Part shown: positions 1-13,498 of the stretch, one piece after another
How positions within the stretch are numbered: the stretch's first letter is position 1
How the letters are laid out: each line of letters opens with the position of its first letter
Source of the DNA: Callorhinchus milii
Taxonomy: Eukaryota
Length of the DNA: 64,000 bases
Assembly: GCF_018977255.1 (NCBI RefSeq)
Contig: NW_024704742.1
Location: 85,624,001-85,688,000, forward strand
Reading direction: 5' to 3'
Translations under genes and position numbers: made by a program
The notes under the pieces: generated by a model
What the model saw: only the letters and a program-made list of their open reading frames with translations
The model's database searches: none
What the model was told of the DNA's origin: nothing

Positions 1-574
1 CCAAAATAAAGAGCACAGACGAAGCTAAGCCATGACAACAATAGCAAAATTACATTTTTAAAGCGTCGAGTCCTCCCACTGAGTCCTTTCAGATGACTAT
101 AGATAAAGGTGAAATGTGTGTCTGTCTGCATGTCAATCTATATTCCATATTGATCCTTTGGTTGCAAGCGTAGCTGCAACGGGTATAGCTAGTAATAAAT
201 AAAAGTATTCCTTTCATTTGATATAGTATCTTTTTACAGTGAGAGTATGTCTTGAAGCGCAGGATATACTGTAAAGTGGAATAGCTGTGTATTTTGTAGG
301 TGCACATAGCAACAATATCTCACAAACAGATATGAAGTGAATGACCAATTTTATTTAGGGAATTGTTGGCGAGGATACTTGTAGAAACTCTCTATTCTTT
401 GAATAGTTTAATGAGATCTTTAATGTCTGCCTCATCAAACAGATGGGACCTAGGTTTGACATCTCATCTGAAGGATGGCATCTCTGACAATGCAGCACTC
501 CCTCAGCACTACACTGGAGTCTCAGCTAAGACTGTGAATTTCAAATTCTGACATGGGGACATTCTAACATTCTG

Positions 575-1385
575 AACAAAAGTTGCATTTGTATAGCGCC
601 TTTCACATCGGTAGGATGTCCCAAGGCCCTGGATAATGGGGGTTAGAATCAAGCGGGGTGGAGGTGGGAGGAATGATCAAAGGTGTGGTCAAAGAGCAAG
701 GTCTTGAGACGGGCCTGGGAGGCAAGGGAGTGGGCGAGAAAGAGGACTTGGAGTTCTAGAGGATGGGGGTAGAGAAGCTGAAGGCCCCACCCCCGATGGT
801 GGAGTGGGCAGGGTGGGGGACGTGGAGCAGGCCAGTGTCTGCCAAGTGGAGGGAGCAGAACAGGGTGATAACGTTTTAATAGATCGCAGCAGGAGAGAGA
901 AGCAAGACCATGGAGGGCTTTAAAAGGGAGGGCGAGAATCTTGAACTTGATCCTTTAGGGGAGGAGAGATAGTGAAGCCGAGTAAGGGTGGGAGGGGTGA
1001 TAGGCTCATAAAGCTTAGTGCGGGAAAGGACATGAGCTGCAGAGTTCTGAATAATCTGCAGCTTGTGGAGGGAAGAGTTGGGAAGTCCAGCAAGCAGGGA
1101 GTTAGCATAGCCAAGCCTGGACGTACCGAAAGCACGGATGAAGTTCTCGGCAGCCTTAGGGGAGAGGAAGCGGCGAAGCTGGGCAATGTTGTGGAGGTGG
1201 GGGAAGTTAGAGTGAATCAAGGCACAAATGTGGGATTTAAAAGACAGTTGAGGTTCGAACAAAACACCAACGTTCCTTACTGGCCCAGTGAGGTGGAGAG
1301 TACATCCATGAATAGTGATACTAGGAGGCATCCTTGGGAGACAAGCAGGAGGGCCTCAATCTTGTCGACATTCAAATGGAACCCA
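575..1385 (-). mobile_element. L2 LINE 3' fragment (degenerate)
   Basis: ORF 876..1331 contains SRLGYANSLLAGLP...LQIIQNSAA (L2 ORF2 C-terminus); L2 3' tail near 575-630. Confidence 0.88.
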
Positions 1386-2320
1386 CGATTTCTGACTCAC
1401 AGGCGAGAGTGCTATTAACTGAGCCAGGCTGATTCGCAATCGTGCAGCTTGGCTAAAATTATGTGCGTGGGAACCTTGCAGTCATGTTCGCAATTCCTGA
1501 CATCGGGGCCCTTTATGTGTATTTCAAGCAGTCTGACACGCTGTCTGGTGTGAAGGGCGCTATATAAATGCAAGTTGTTGTAACCCTTAATTTTGTGGCC
1601 GCTTATCTGAAGAAGCAGGTGAAGCTTACAAATTGTAAGGCGCCATCGATTTTAAAGCGTCATGATTTTAGAGGTAACTTTCAAATTCTGACATGGGGCT
1701 TGAACAACACCAACAAATTGTATTTATACAGCTTCTTTCACGTCAAGCGGATATCCTAAGGCACTGGACAGTGAAGGTGTGGGAATCAAGTGTAGGGGGG
1801 GGTCGAGGTTGGAGCCCAGTCAAAGAGGAAGAATTTTTGGCATTAAATCTAGAAGAGCATCAAAAGCTTTGAAACCACCAACATAGATTGCTGCAGAACC
1901 AATTAAGCTGTCAAGCTGCAACTAAAATAAGTTTGGTCTTTTATCTGAAAGTGAAGCCATAGCAGAGGAATGGCTTAACCTTTACTTGCATTTTAGGATT
2001 GCAAAATGGTGCAAGGGATGTTTTTATGGTTAATCTACTTGAGAATATCAAATTTCGGACTTAATAGTTCCTTCCTCAGGGACAACTTCCCCTTTTTATT
2101 TTGTTTTTACATGTCTATAAAATGTTGAATGACACCCGCATTCACACTTAGGCAAAATGAGGTGAAATTATTCAAAATGAACGGTCACATAATTGGAATC
2201 GTGACTTGTGGGGAGTGTTTTATTGTTGGAGATGCTGGTCCTCAGATTAGAAATGAAACTAAGATCCCGACAAATGTACAATCGCTACAATCAACGTAAA
2301 ACTTTCAGAGGCACTTTGAG

Positions 2321-2637
2321 ATAATAAATAATAATCCTTGCATTTGATATAGCGCTTTTCACGTCGGGAGGACGTCCCAAAGCGCTTCACAGAACACACT
2401 GTAAAGTGAATTGACTGCATATTTGTGGGCGAACGCGGCAGCCAATTTGCGCACAGCAATGTCCCACAAACAGTCGTAGATTGAAAATGACCAATTTAAT
2501 TATTGTTTTTTTTTTGAGGGATTATTATTAGGCGTGTGGAGTAAGGAAACTTGCCCAAGGTTTCGCCCTGCCTGGAATTGAACTCAGGTCTCTCACTTGC
2601 AAAGCGAGTGCTCTAACCACTGAGCTACAGGACTCCA
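2321..2637 (-). mobile_element. tRNA-derived SINE, full length, short variant
   Basis: A box TAGCTCAGTGG, B box GTTCAATTCC, Deu-like block TGCTGTGCGCAAATTGGCTGCC, L2-like tail, (ATT)n end. Confidence 0.93.
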
Positions 2638-3384
2638 CTAATATGAAATGCAAGGATTGATATTAATAATACTAATAAAGGGATAAAAAAATGCAAGATT
2701 TGTTTGTTTAATTGTCATTTAAAAAAAACACTTTATAAAAAAGTGCCTTGAAACTGTTGAAATAAAAAGACTTACACAGACCATTTACTGGTGAATTGGA
2801 TGAATATGCAGTGAGGTGACTAGTCTCATGGCTTCTGGAACCTCTGTCAGGGTTTGAATCTTGCTCTGGCATTGTGTCCTCACACTTATAACACGTTGTG
2901 TACTATGTTACCTCATTGCTTGAACCTGGGGTGACTTGCAGAAACCCATCACCATGCTTAAGAGTATCCAAACCAGACTGGAACACAATGTACCGTGTTT
3001 GGAATGGAATGCGCACACTCTTCATGGAGAGATGCGTCCTACTTTCCTAATTCCAGTGAGTATTAGGTTGGCAAGAGCAAAGGCTTGAGGACCACAGAGT
3101 GTGTGATGGGATTACTGCTGGAGTTTAATCAACTGAAACTGCGAAGTTTGCCAGTGAAAATACTGTCTGGCAAGCTTTCCTGTTGCTTGTTTAGCTACCC
3201 TTTATGGCTTTGGCTTGCAGGGTTACCAGGAGCTAAGCAGGAAGAATCGTTTACAACAATGTACGACTTTCATGTTTTTAAAAAAAAATCTTGATACATT
3301 TTGAGAGGGGCCTGAGAATAGAACCCTGGTCAGGTCAGATACTCTGCTGCTATCTTGGTGTTATCCCAATAACTTTGTTTTCAG

Positions 3385-3517
3385 GCGAAGAACAGACAGA
3401 CGATGATGTATTGGTTACAGCAGCTGCAGCAGAAACGCTTCGACAGACAGAGGAGCCTGCGCATCGGCAGCCTCACAATTTCCAGGGAACAGTCCCTGTC
3501 GTCATCGGCATCTGCAG
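3385..3517 (+). CDS. TBC1D2: TBC1D2 coding exon (probably exon 2): end of PH domain
   Basis: tttgttttcag|GCG acceptor and GCAG|gtaaat donor. Translates AKNRQTMMYWLQQLQQKRFDRQRSLRIGSLTISREQSLSSSASA, the PH C-terminal helix of the TBC1D2 family. 133 nt, phase 0 to 1. Confidence 0.92.
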
Positions 3518-3879
3518 GTAAATCAAAGCAGGCCGGACTTGCAACACTGGATGTGAAATAGATCTTAGCAATAGGGCATAACCCAGACCAGTTAGGGTTA
3601 GAGATTCCCAGACTGGAAGAATGAGATTACAATAGATTACAAATCCATTCACACCATGTTAAAAGTGAATAGACAGCACTCTGAATCCCAGGGATTGTAG
3701 GTATGATTCATCATGATTGACACAGTGGAACCACGAAGGGGTTGAATACCCAGACTGTAAGCCCTGGAATAGAATATTCTGTATATCCTATAGGACAGTG
3801 TTAACATCTTAGCTATATTTTCTGCCAAAGTATATTGAAATTCAAATAGTGGAGTTAAAAAAATAATACTTGTATTGTT

Positions 3880-6330
3880 CCAACAACAACAAGATTACAT
3901 TTGTATAGCGCCTTTCATGTCGGGAGGACGTCCCAAGGTGCTGGATAGTGTACAGCATTTCAGACCCGAGCTGGGGTCAGCGGGGGAGAAGGGAGGGGAG
4001 GAGAAGAGGGGTGGCCGATGCCATGGTCGAAGAGGAGGGTTTTGAGGTGGGACGTGAAGGAGGCTAAGGAGCTGGAGTGATGGGGGGATGGAATTCCAGA
4101 GGATGGAGGCAGAGTGGCTGAAGGCTCTCCCACCAATGGTAGGATGGGGGGTTGGGGGACGTGGAGCAGGCCAGAGCCGGCTAAGCGGAGGGAGTAGGCG
4201 GGTTGGTAGGAGGTTAGGAGGTCGCAGAGGTAGGGTGGGGCGAGACCATGGAGAGCTTTGTAGGTGAGGACCAGGATTTTGAACTGGATCCTCTGAAGGA
4301 TAGGGAGCCAGTGGAGTCGGGCGAGAATAGGGGAGATGGGGTCATGGAGTTTGGTGCGGGAGGGGACACGGGCTGCAGAGTTCTGTATTATCTGCAGTCT
4401 GTGGAGGGAGGAGTTGGGAAGACCGACAAATAGGGTGTTTGCATAGTCGAGCCTGGAGGTGATGAAGGCATAAACAAGAGATTCAACAGCCTGAAGGGTG
4501 AGGTAGTGGCAGAGTCGGGCGATGTTACGGAGTTGAGGGAAGGCAGAGCGGGTCATGGCTTGAATGTGGGGAAGAAAAGGCAGTTGAGGGTCGAACAAGA
4601 CACCGGTTCCTGACTGGCTTGGTGCGTTGGAGTGTATGGAGGTTGATGCTGCCAGGACCTGAGGTGCAGAGGCGCTGACGCGAGCCAATCATGAGGGCCT
4701 CAGTCTTGTTCACATTCAACTGTAGGAAATTTGCCTGCATCCAGGACTTGATGTCTGACAGCCAGTCTGTCAGGACAGCAGTGGTCCTGGATTTGAGGGT
4801 CATCCGCATACATATGGAAGTTGATCCCATGTCTGCGGATGATGTCACCAAGGGGGAGCATGTAGAATTAAAGAGGAGAGGGCCAAGGACAGAGCCCTGG
4901 GGGACGGTGAGAGACATAGGATTCGATCCAGGCAAGGGCAGGTCCGTGAAGCTTGAGTAAAGCGGAGAGGTGGTGTATGAGGATGGAGTGGTCGACAGTG
5001 TCGAAGGCGGCAGAGAGGTCGAGGAGGACAAGGAAGCAGAGGGAGCCCTGATCACAGATGTTCAGAATGTCATTAGTGACTTTGACCAGGGCTGTTTCCT
5101 TGCTGTGGGCAGCACGGAAGCCGGATTGGAGGGGTTCAAAGAGGAATGGCGAAAGAGAAAGGAGTGGAGCTGGAACGCGACGACTCATTCCAGGACCTTT
5201 GAGAGGAACGGGAGGTTAGAGATGGGGCAGCAGCTGGAGAGGAGGGATGGGTTCAGGGAAGGTTTTTTCAGGATGGGGGTGATGACTGCTGTTTTTAGTG
5301 GGGTTGGAACTGAACCGGTGGAAAAGAAGAGGTTGATGACATCGGAAAGGAGAGGAGCCAGAAGGTGGAGCTGGGAGATGAGGAGAGAGGTGGAGATGGG
5401 ATTGAGGGAGCAAGTGGTGGGTTTGAGTTTGCGAATGATGGCAGTGAGGGAGAAGGGAGAGATAGGCTCGAAGGAGTATAGGGAGCGATGGGTGGATCAT
5501 GAGGGAGAGATGTTGTGAGAGTGGCTGTGGATGGGGTAGAGATGGCTGAACGAATCCCCTCGATTTTGGATTTGAGGAAGTCTAGCATCTCCTCACAGTT
5601 GGAGCTTGAGGAGAGGATGGGCGAGGCGTGGAAAGGTGGATGAAGGAGATGGTTTGTGGTGGAAAAGAGAAAGCCAGAGTTTGTCCTTTGCCTGCAAGAT
5701 AATCTTGGACTAGAAGGAGGATTTGGCGGAAGCAAGAGCGCAGCGGTATAATGAAGCCAAATCTGCCGATGGACCGTTAGTTTGGATTTCGTCCAGGCGC
5801 GTTCGGCAGCTCACGCTTGTGCCTTGAGGGAACAGAGATGGCTGGTGTACCAGGGGGATTTACGGGAGAATGAGGCAGTTCAGGAGGTGAGGGGGGCAAG
5901 GGAGTCCAGAATGGAGGAGAGGGAGTTGTGGAGAAAAGAGAACAAAGAGGGTAGATCGGTCAGTGAGGGCCAGAGGTGTAGGAGTTCAAATGAATCCAGG
6001 GCAGTGGAGAGGGAGAGGGAGGAAATTTTTTTCCATAGACGGTATGTGATGGTGGAGGGTTGAGAAGGGGGAAGAGGTACGGAAGTGTTGAGGGAGATGG
6101 TGGTGGTCCGAAATGGCTTTGTCGATGATAGTGATGTCCAAGACTGTGAGGCCCTGAGTGATCACCAGATAAAGGGGGTGGCCACGGTCGTGGGTGGGGG
6201 AGTGGATGTGGAGGGAGAGGTTAAGGGAAGAGAGGGAGGAGAAGTCAGCAGGAGTAGAGCAGGAGGGGATGAAGTGGAGGTTGAAGTCGCCTAAGATTAG
6301 GAGGCGTTCAGAGCAAAGGGAGAGGGAAAA
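3880..6330 (-). mobile_element. L2 LINE, ~2.4 kb, 5'-truncated and frameshifted (end of endonuclease, RT, 3' tail)
   Basis: (aac)n tail at 3880. RT motifs [39 protein letters not shown] and SRLDYAN are spread over several frames. Confidence 0.93.
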
Positions 6331-6542
6331 TAGGAGGGTGGGGGAAGGTCAGGGTTAGTATTGTGTTGCTAGGACCTGGTAAGTCTTCAGCAAGGCAACT
6401 AGACTTCATCTAGAATCACATTTGGCAAGTCATAAATGTGTGGCGTGTTTTAACATGTCCACAGTGCAAGGTTTACACATGTGTAAGATTGCTATTTCTT
6501 GGAAACCAGTGTGACTGACAGCTGCAGTGTAAACCTGGACTA

Positions 6543-7179
6543 CTACAACAACAAGAAGATTTCATTTATAGAGCGCCTTTCACGTCGGGAGGACGTCCCA
6601 AGGCACTGGACATTTGGGTTGGGACCCGAGCAGGGGGGAAATGGTCAGGGTGAAGGGAGGGAAGGGAGGGAGCGAGGAGCGGGTAGAGAGTCGAGAGGGG
6701 AGCTGAAGGCACGGTCGAAGAGAAAGGTCTTGAGACCGGCCTTGAAGGAGGAAAGGGAGGAGGCGGCGAAGGCACTGGGGGATGGAGTTCCAGAGCCTCG
6801 GGCTGAGAGGCTGAAGGCCCGACCACCGATGGTAGGGCGGTTGGGGCGGGGGATGTGGAGCAGACTGGAGCCAGAGGAACGGAGGGTATGGGCAGGTACG
6901 TAGGGGGATAGTAGGTCGGAGAGGTAGGAGGGCACAAGGCTGTGAATGGCCTTGTAGGTGAGGATGAGGATCTTGAATTCGATCCTCTGGGGGATGGGGA
7001 GCCAGTGGAGGCGAGCGAGGGTGGGAGTGATGTGGTCCCGAAGCCTGGTGCGGGACAGTACACGAGCTGCAGAGTTCTGAATGACCTGCAGCTTGTGGAG
7101 GGAGGTGGCGGGAAGGCCGACGAGGAGAGAGTTCCCATAGTCCAGCCTTGAGGTGATAAAGGCGTGGACCAGAGTTTCA
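6543..7179 (-). mobile_element. Young L2 LINE 3' fragment
   Basis: [23 protein letters not shown]...[13 protein letters not shown]; near-identical to copies at 27074 and 39944. Confidence 0.93.
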
Positions 7180-7775
7180 CTTGTTATCTTACTATCTTGT
7201 TCCACTGTGACAGTCATGGTGAATCATACCTACATTTCTTGGGATTCAGACTGCTTTCTATTCTCTTTTAACCCTGTGTGAGTGGATTTGTAATCTATTG
7301 TTGGCTTCCTCACACAAGCAGTCCTGTATGATCCTCATGCCTGCAGGCGTCCTCTTTTGAGAGTTGCATGTGGATTGTAGTCTTCTAACCCTAACTAACC
7401 TACTGTGGACCTTGCAATTTTTAAAAATGTTTCTTGTCTTCCCCCTCTCTGTTCCCTGCCTGCAGAGACAGTCCATGATTGCTTCACTTTATTGTGCTGA
7501 CTTACAGTTGGTAATGTTACAAATTACTTTGGAAGCGATCACCTGATGACTCAGCGAGCAAATGCAAGACTTTGTGTTGCAATGAACCATCAGAGCAGGA
7601 AAATCCCCAATTCATTCCTTAGTCTTGTGCTGAGTTAGCTTATCGTGGGGAGTGGGGGTATGTGGATGTTCAGATCAGACTTGGCTCTGACGCAGATCCC
7701 ACGGGCTGCTAGTTGGACCATCCTGTGATGGTTGCGGGCAGTGGTAATAAACAGTTCACTACTCGGTGAACTTCC

Positions 7776-8238
7776 AACAACAACACAACAACTTGTACTT
7801 ATATAGCGTTGTCCACACAAGATAGCGTCTCAGAGCACTTAACCGTGGAGGAGCCTGACTCCGAGCTGGGGGGGGAGGGGGAGGTGGCTTTAAGCACGGT
7901 TTAAGAGGAAGGTTTTCAGGCAGGTCTTGAAAAGGGGAGAGAGGGGGCAAGGCAGAGGGATTGAGGGAGAGTGTTCCAGAGTTTTGGGGCATAGTGGCTG
8001 AAAGCACTACCTCTGCTGATGGGGCGGAGGGTGCAAGGGACAAGCAAGAGAGCAGTGCCAGTCGAGTGGAGGTGCCAGGTGGTGGATTGGGGATTGAGGA
8101 GGTCAGAGAGATAGGGAGGTGCCAGAGAGTGATGGGATTTGAACACGAGTGTGAGGTTCTTGAAGTCGATCCTTTCAGTGATGGGGAACCAGTGGAGCCT
8201 GGCCAGATCTGGTGAGATGCGGGTATGGAGTTTGGTCT
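7776..8238 (-). mobile_element. L2 LINE 3' fragment, second lineage
   Basis: LARLHWFPITERIDFK...AFSHYAPKLWN with a different 3' tail (gcgtctcagagcactt type) and an (aac)n end; lies just upstream of the acceptor region of exon 8282. Confidence 0.85.
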
Positions 8239-8281
8239 GAGAAAAATACATATTAAAGAAACTAACCCTTCTTTCACTCAG

Positions 8282-8411
8282 AAACAAATGAGTTTTTAGA
8301 TCCTGTGAAAACTCCGACAGGCCTGGTTGGAGAGGAGGCTGCTTCGTTACCAGCTCCCCTGCATCCATCCACCTTAAACATCTCTCTCAAGCACCTGGGA
8401 ACGGAAATACA
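8282..8411 (+). CDS. TBC1D2: TBC1D2 coding exon
   Basis: ctttcactcag| acceptor and |gtaagt donor. Translates (E)TNEFLDPVKTPTGLVGEEAASLPAPLHPSTLNISLKHLGTEI(Q); FLxPVKTPxGLVG and NISLKHLGTEIQ resemble TBC1D2A rather than TBC1D2B. Phase 1 to 2. Confidence 0.93.
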
Positions 8412-8689
8412 GTAAGTGATTGACAATGTGCTATTTGCAAATCACTGGGGGAGGTTGGGTGGGGGATAGGCCTAAAAAATATCCTGTCTAATGCCCCAGT
8501 TGGATACTGTCACAATGACAATTGGAAACGCATTCATTTGCACAAAAGATTCTGTGACACTATTCAAAAAGAGGAGTTTCTCTCTCACACTCCCTCGCTC
8601 GTGCTCATGCTTGCATCACTCCACTTCCCTTCACTCTGAAACATTGCCTGCCTCTGCTACTACCTCTTCCCTAGGGCCGCCAGACTCTC

Positions 8690-9265
8690 ACCCAGGGTTT
8701 TATCATGTCCAGTGATAAAACTGTGTCAAAGCTCTGCTCCCTGGATTTCCCAGCTCTTTCCTGCTAAAGCTTCAGACTATCCAGAACTCTGCAGGCCATG
8801 TCCTCCTGCACATCCGGCTCCACCTATCACCCTCATCCTTGCTTGACTCCATTTGCTCTGCATTTCTCAGCAGATCGAGTTCAAAATCCTCGTTCTTGTG
8901 TTACATTTCCTCTACTGTTTTGCCTCACACTACCTCTGTACCAACCCGGTCATTCCCTTCATTCAGCAAATATTGGCCTGTTTCATGTCCCTCGCTCTAA
9001 TGAAAGGATTATTATTATGATTATTATTATTCATTCAATTATCGGTGTGTGGACTTTCAGCCATTCTGTCCTCACTCTCTGGAACTCCATCCTGGAGTTC
9101 CTCCAACTCCAACTCCCTCAACTCGTTCAAAGCACTTCTCAAGATATACCTCTTTGACTGCTCTTTCCCCTCCCCACCCCCAGCTCAGGTGCCCATCCAG
9201 TATTGTCAAGTGCTTTTGAGATGTCCTCCTGACATGAAAGGCATTCTATAAATGTAACTTGTGTA
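8690..9265 (+). mobile_element. Old L2 3' fragment
   Basis: Degenerate cagaactctgcag...ttcaaaatcct...tggaactccatccc...ctcctgacatgaaaggc tail. Confidence 0.75.
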
Positions 9266-9312
9266 GTATTGTATGTTCACTTCATTTACTTTCCTTCTCT
9301 TTAACTTAATAG

Positions 9313-9461
9313 GAACTTCAGTTCTAAGACGGTGTTTCAATTCTGTGGTAACAAGCCACTGAGGGAAAATAGGACGAGCGTCTTTCAGTTTGACGAAATC
9401 AGTCAGGTGGATGATGACATTTGCGAAGACTCACCGCTACCCAAAGGGGCTGAGCTGTCTG
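9313..9461 (+). CDS. TBC1D2: TBC1D2 coding exon (variable linker)
   Basis: Pyrimidine tract + taatag| acceptor and G|gtaaaa donor. Open frame NFSSKTVFQFCGNKPLRENRTSVFQFDEISQVDDDICEDSPLPKGAELS. Phase 2 to 1 fits both neighbours. Confidence 0.82.
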
Positions 9462-10567
9462 GTAAAATACGTTTATACAGAGAAGAGCTTTCCAGGCAAA
9501 AGCATGCTCGTTTGCTATCTCTAACAATGAGAGGCACTGGAACATGTTCTAGTCTAGAGATCTTTAGTACTGTATCTTATTGTATCTTGTAACTTATCTG
9601 TTAATTTTGCTTGTCAATTGGTTCCCCTTTACACAATGGTGGTAGATTAGAAATAATTATTTCGGCCATGAACATAGAACAGCTCTCTCTCACCTCTCTA
9701 ACCTCTATAGTTCTCCAGTATCTCTGCTCTTTAAAGGCATCCATTTCTTTCTGCACCCCTTGGACTGGTGACCCAGACCAGAGATCAGTCTCAGCTTACA
9801 TCTGCCTCCTCTGAAAACTTCCAGATGTGCAAAAGTTGTGAAATGAGCATCTTCCCTTATCTACATGTCCATGGACACTAACAGTAGCAGCTTTATATAG
9901 CCTTCATCATGTAGAATGAATGTCTCAAAATCATTTCCAGAAGAAGGAAGGGAGAATTTAAAGGATGTTGAGGAAAAAACAATTTTGAAGCGACGCAGTG
10001 AAATATGTTTTATAAATATCATGAAAGTCTGTTGACTTCCAGCCATTGCTAGTATGGATCTACCTCCCCCACACACCCCCACACACACATGCATGATAGA
10101 CTATCTGTTTGGGGATTTGAGAAAACAATTGGCAGTAACTGGAAACTGGGAATACCTCTAGGTTTTGATTTGAAATCCTAGAGGCAGTGTTTGAGTGCTG
10201 CTCAATGCAAAACTGATTGAATTGTCCTGCTTCCTAAAATAGTATTCTTGTACTCTCTCTATCCCATATATCACCCATCTCAAGACCTTCTTTTTCGACC
10301 GTGCCTTCAGTCATCTTCCCTCCTCCACCCTCCCTAGCCCTCCACCCCTCTCTGATCCCAACCCGCAGATTGGGTCCAAAGCCCTCAATGTCCAGCACCT
10401 TGGGAAGGCCTCCCGACTTGAAAGGCGCTAGAAAATTGCAATTTGGTTTTGTTGTGCCTCTGAGATGTGTCTTTTCAATGCTCAGGTGACAAAGTTATTT
10501 GATGTTTGCTAAAGGTTTACAACAAGCTGGTAAGCTGGTGTGTGATATACCTACACTTGCTTTTTAG

Positions 10568-10761
10568 TTAGAGATTCACCACAACCGGAAGACGAATTGA
10601 AGACTCCCTTCTCAAAGAACATATCAGGGGGGCTGAAACCTGTGTCCACCCAGCGACAGGGTAGCCTCCTACTCAAAGGAAAGGAAACAGGCTCCAACGA
10701 CAAAGTAAACAGGTTGCAGTATGAGGTCTCAAAGCTCAGTGAAGACCTGGCTTCTCAGAAG
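10568..10761 (+). CDS. TBC1D2: TBC1D2 coding exon (linker into coiled coil)
   Basis: gctttttag| acceptor and AAG|gtaagg donor. Translates (V)RDSPQPEDELKTPFSKNISGG...DKVNRLQYEVSKLSEDLASQK. Phase 1 to 0. Confidence 0.87.
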
Positions 10762-10809
10762 GTAAGGCGACCAGTATTTAATGTACTTACTGTGATGTAC
10801 CTGAATGAA

Positions 10810-11092
10810 CAAGGGGGGATATCCAGAACCAGGGAGCATAACCTTAAAATTAGAGCTGGGCCATTTAGGAGTGAAACCAGGAAGCATTTTTTCGCACATA
10901 GAGTTGTGGTAATCTGGAATTCTCTCCCCTAAAAGATTGTTGATGTTGGGTCAAATGGAATTTTTAAGGCTGAGATCGATAGACATTCGTTGGGTAAGGG
11001 GATCGAGGGATATGGAGGAAAGGCGGGTAAATGAAGTTGAGGTACAGATCAGCCATGACCTAATAGAATGGCGGAACAGGCTTGAGGGGCTG
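10810..11092 (+). mobile_element. CR1 LINE 3' fragment
   Basis: TREHNLKIRAGPFRSETRKHFF...WNSLP and 3'UTR cagatcagccatgacctaatagaatggcggaacaggcttgaggggctga. Confidence 0.88.
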
Positions 11093-12804
11093 AGTATAAT
11101 CCTTGCATTTGATATAGCGCCTTATATCTTCGAGACATCTCAAAGCGCTTCACACAATATACTGTAAAGTGAGTGACTATATTTTGTATATAGGTAGTGT
11201 GGATAAGGGAGCACAGAATGGGAGATCCCATCCACTGTTTCCATCCCTCTTTCAGTAACATGCCATAGGCAGTGGTTACGGAGCAGACTGGGGTGAGCTC
11301 TGGAGCCAGGAAATGGTGCCTATCTTCATAAGGCAACTGAGCTAGAAAGCCTTAATCACTCATTTTTCCTTGTATTTAAAATAGTGATTACAATACTAAT
11401 ACTCCTTGCATTTGATGCAGCTTCTTTCACTTTGATTGTGAATGCAACAGCCAATTTGCACACATCAAACGTCCCACAAACAGCCATGAAGTGAATAACC
11501 AATATGCTTAATATTTTTCATATTGCGATATAGTATTTTTATTTTAGTAAAAAGTTTTGGATGACTTATATTTAAATAAACATCCTGCTTCAATCTGTAC
11601 ATTTGGATTTGATTAACTCATTGCTGAGAAATGATCTTGTGTATACGACTGTTTTATTAACACCAGAGGCCTGAAATTTGCCATGGTCTTAACCTTAGCT
11701 CCATTGTCCTTAAAGGAAATTAATATTGTGCAGAATGTAGGAAAATTCTTAAATTCAGTCTTGATTGAGAAGCAGTTTTTTCCCAGTTCTTTCTAAGTAT
11801 AGAAGGGCAAGTAAGAAGTGTAACTGCAAGTTGTTGGTGTAGAAAGCTGCCAGGGAATGTATCTGTCAAGTGAATGGAATTACTGGTTTCTCTTGACTAA
11901 TAGCTGTAAACTCCTCTAAATAACCTGTTGCCTAGGTTACAAAATCCAAATGAGGCCCAGTCATGCTTTCTATCAGCTTTGAAGAATCTGCCAAAACTCA
12001 GTAAATCCTAACAAATTGCTTCACATCTCAGGAATCTCTCACATCAGGAGATTTTATTTGGCCACTCTCTGACAATTTTGTACCTTCAGCCTCTCCGCTG
12101 CTGTCCTCCCATTACCTTTACAGCTGTTTTATTCCTTTCCCTTCGCCTGGAGACAGCACTTGATTATCACCCGGTACCTAAACAAGTGGCCATTGCTAGC
12201 ATGTCTGGTTTTGACAGTGATTGCCAGCATCACAGCCAAGCCCTGTCTTGTCCTTACACCGATTCCACATCATGCACCTTTCCACAAGGGAAGGAAGAGG
12301 ATAGAGTGTGTTTATGGACAGGGATCAGGAATAGGCATTCTGGTTGATTTTCACTCCCTAACCCAAGGCACTCAGACAAATTGTGTAACAGTAATAGTGT
12401 CTTTCATGTCAGTAGGAAGTCTCAAAACACTTCAAAGGCTTTACTCTTAAGATGTAATGATTGTGTATTTGTAGACAAACACAGCAGCCAATTTGCACGT
12501 AGCACTGTCCCACAAACAGCCATGAAGTGAATGACCAATTTTTTCTGAGGAATTGGTGCCCAGGTGGGGGCACAACAGGCTTCCTTCCTAATATTCTGTC
12601 ATGCTCCATCAAAAACAATAACTAGCCTTCACACAATGAACCTTCTGCAAAAGGAAGTTAGATGAAATTAACAACAAGGTAAATTTGTGAGCTTTACTTA
12701 GCGGACAAGGTCAGAACGCTTTTCAAGGCAAAAAAGGTTCTAATACACATTCCTGTTTATTGCTCCCACTAAGATATAAAGTCCTGTAAATATGACAAAG
12801 GTTG

Positions 12805-13498
12805 CATAAGAACATAAGAAATGCTATCTGGGAAAAGATATGATTCGCTTTCTATCTTCCTGGCGGTTGCATGCACATAAGTATGTCCCAAACTACCTAT
12901 GTACTATATCCTGTAATGTTGTTTCCTAAAAGAAAACTATCTAATCTGTGTTTGAAAGAATCAACAATTCCTGCTTCAACCGTCTCCGTAGGGAACCTGT
13001 TTCATAGGTTTACTATTCGCTTGTTCACTGAAATAGTGTTTGCGTAAAGTTGTTCTGAATTTACCCTCTTCAATCACAGGCCGTGTCCTCTGGTTTCACT
13101 ATTCTGGACAAGTTGAAACAGCCTGTCATGCTCTATATTGTCTTGTCCCTTTAGAATCTTAAAGGTAGCAATCATGTCACCTCTCAATCTTCTCTTGTCC
13201 AGCGTGAACATGCCCAATTTACTTAGTAACTCTTCATAGTCCAGTCCTTCCATTCCCTCAGTCATTTTGGTTGCCCTTCTCTGTATCTTCTCGATCTAAT
13301 ACCCTTTTTGTACTGCAGCGACCAGAACTGTACACAGTACTCTTAAGTATGGTATCACCAATGATTTATAGAGTGGCAGGATTACCCCACTATTTTGGCT
13401 TGTTATTGATCTTTTGATACAACCCAACATCTGGTTTGCTAGACTCACTGCCACAGATCATTGTTAGGAGAGCTTCAATGTACTGTCAATCAGGACCT
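12805..13498 (-). mobile_element. CR1 LINE 3' fragment
   Basis: GLDYEELLSKLGMFTLDKRRLRGDMIATFKIL...TRGH; aacataagaa tail repeats. Confidence 0.88.

Noticed and set aside
7546..7555. ATGACTCAGC ARE/AP-1-like motif
   Set aside because: A short motif expected by chance in 64 kb; no independent support.
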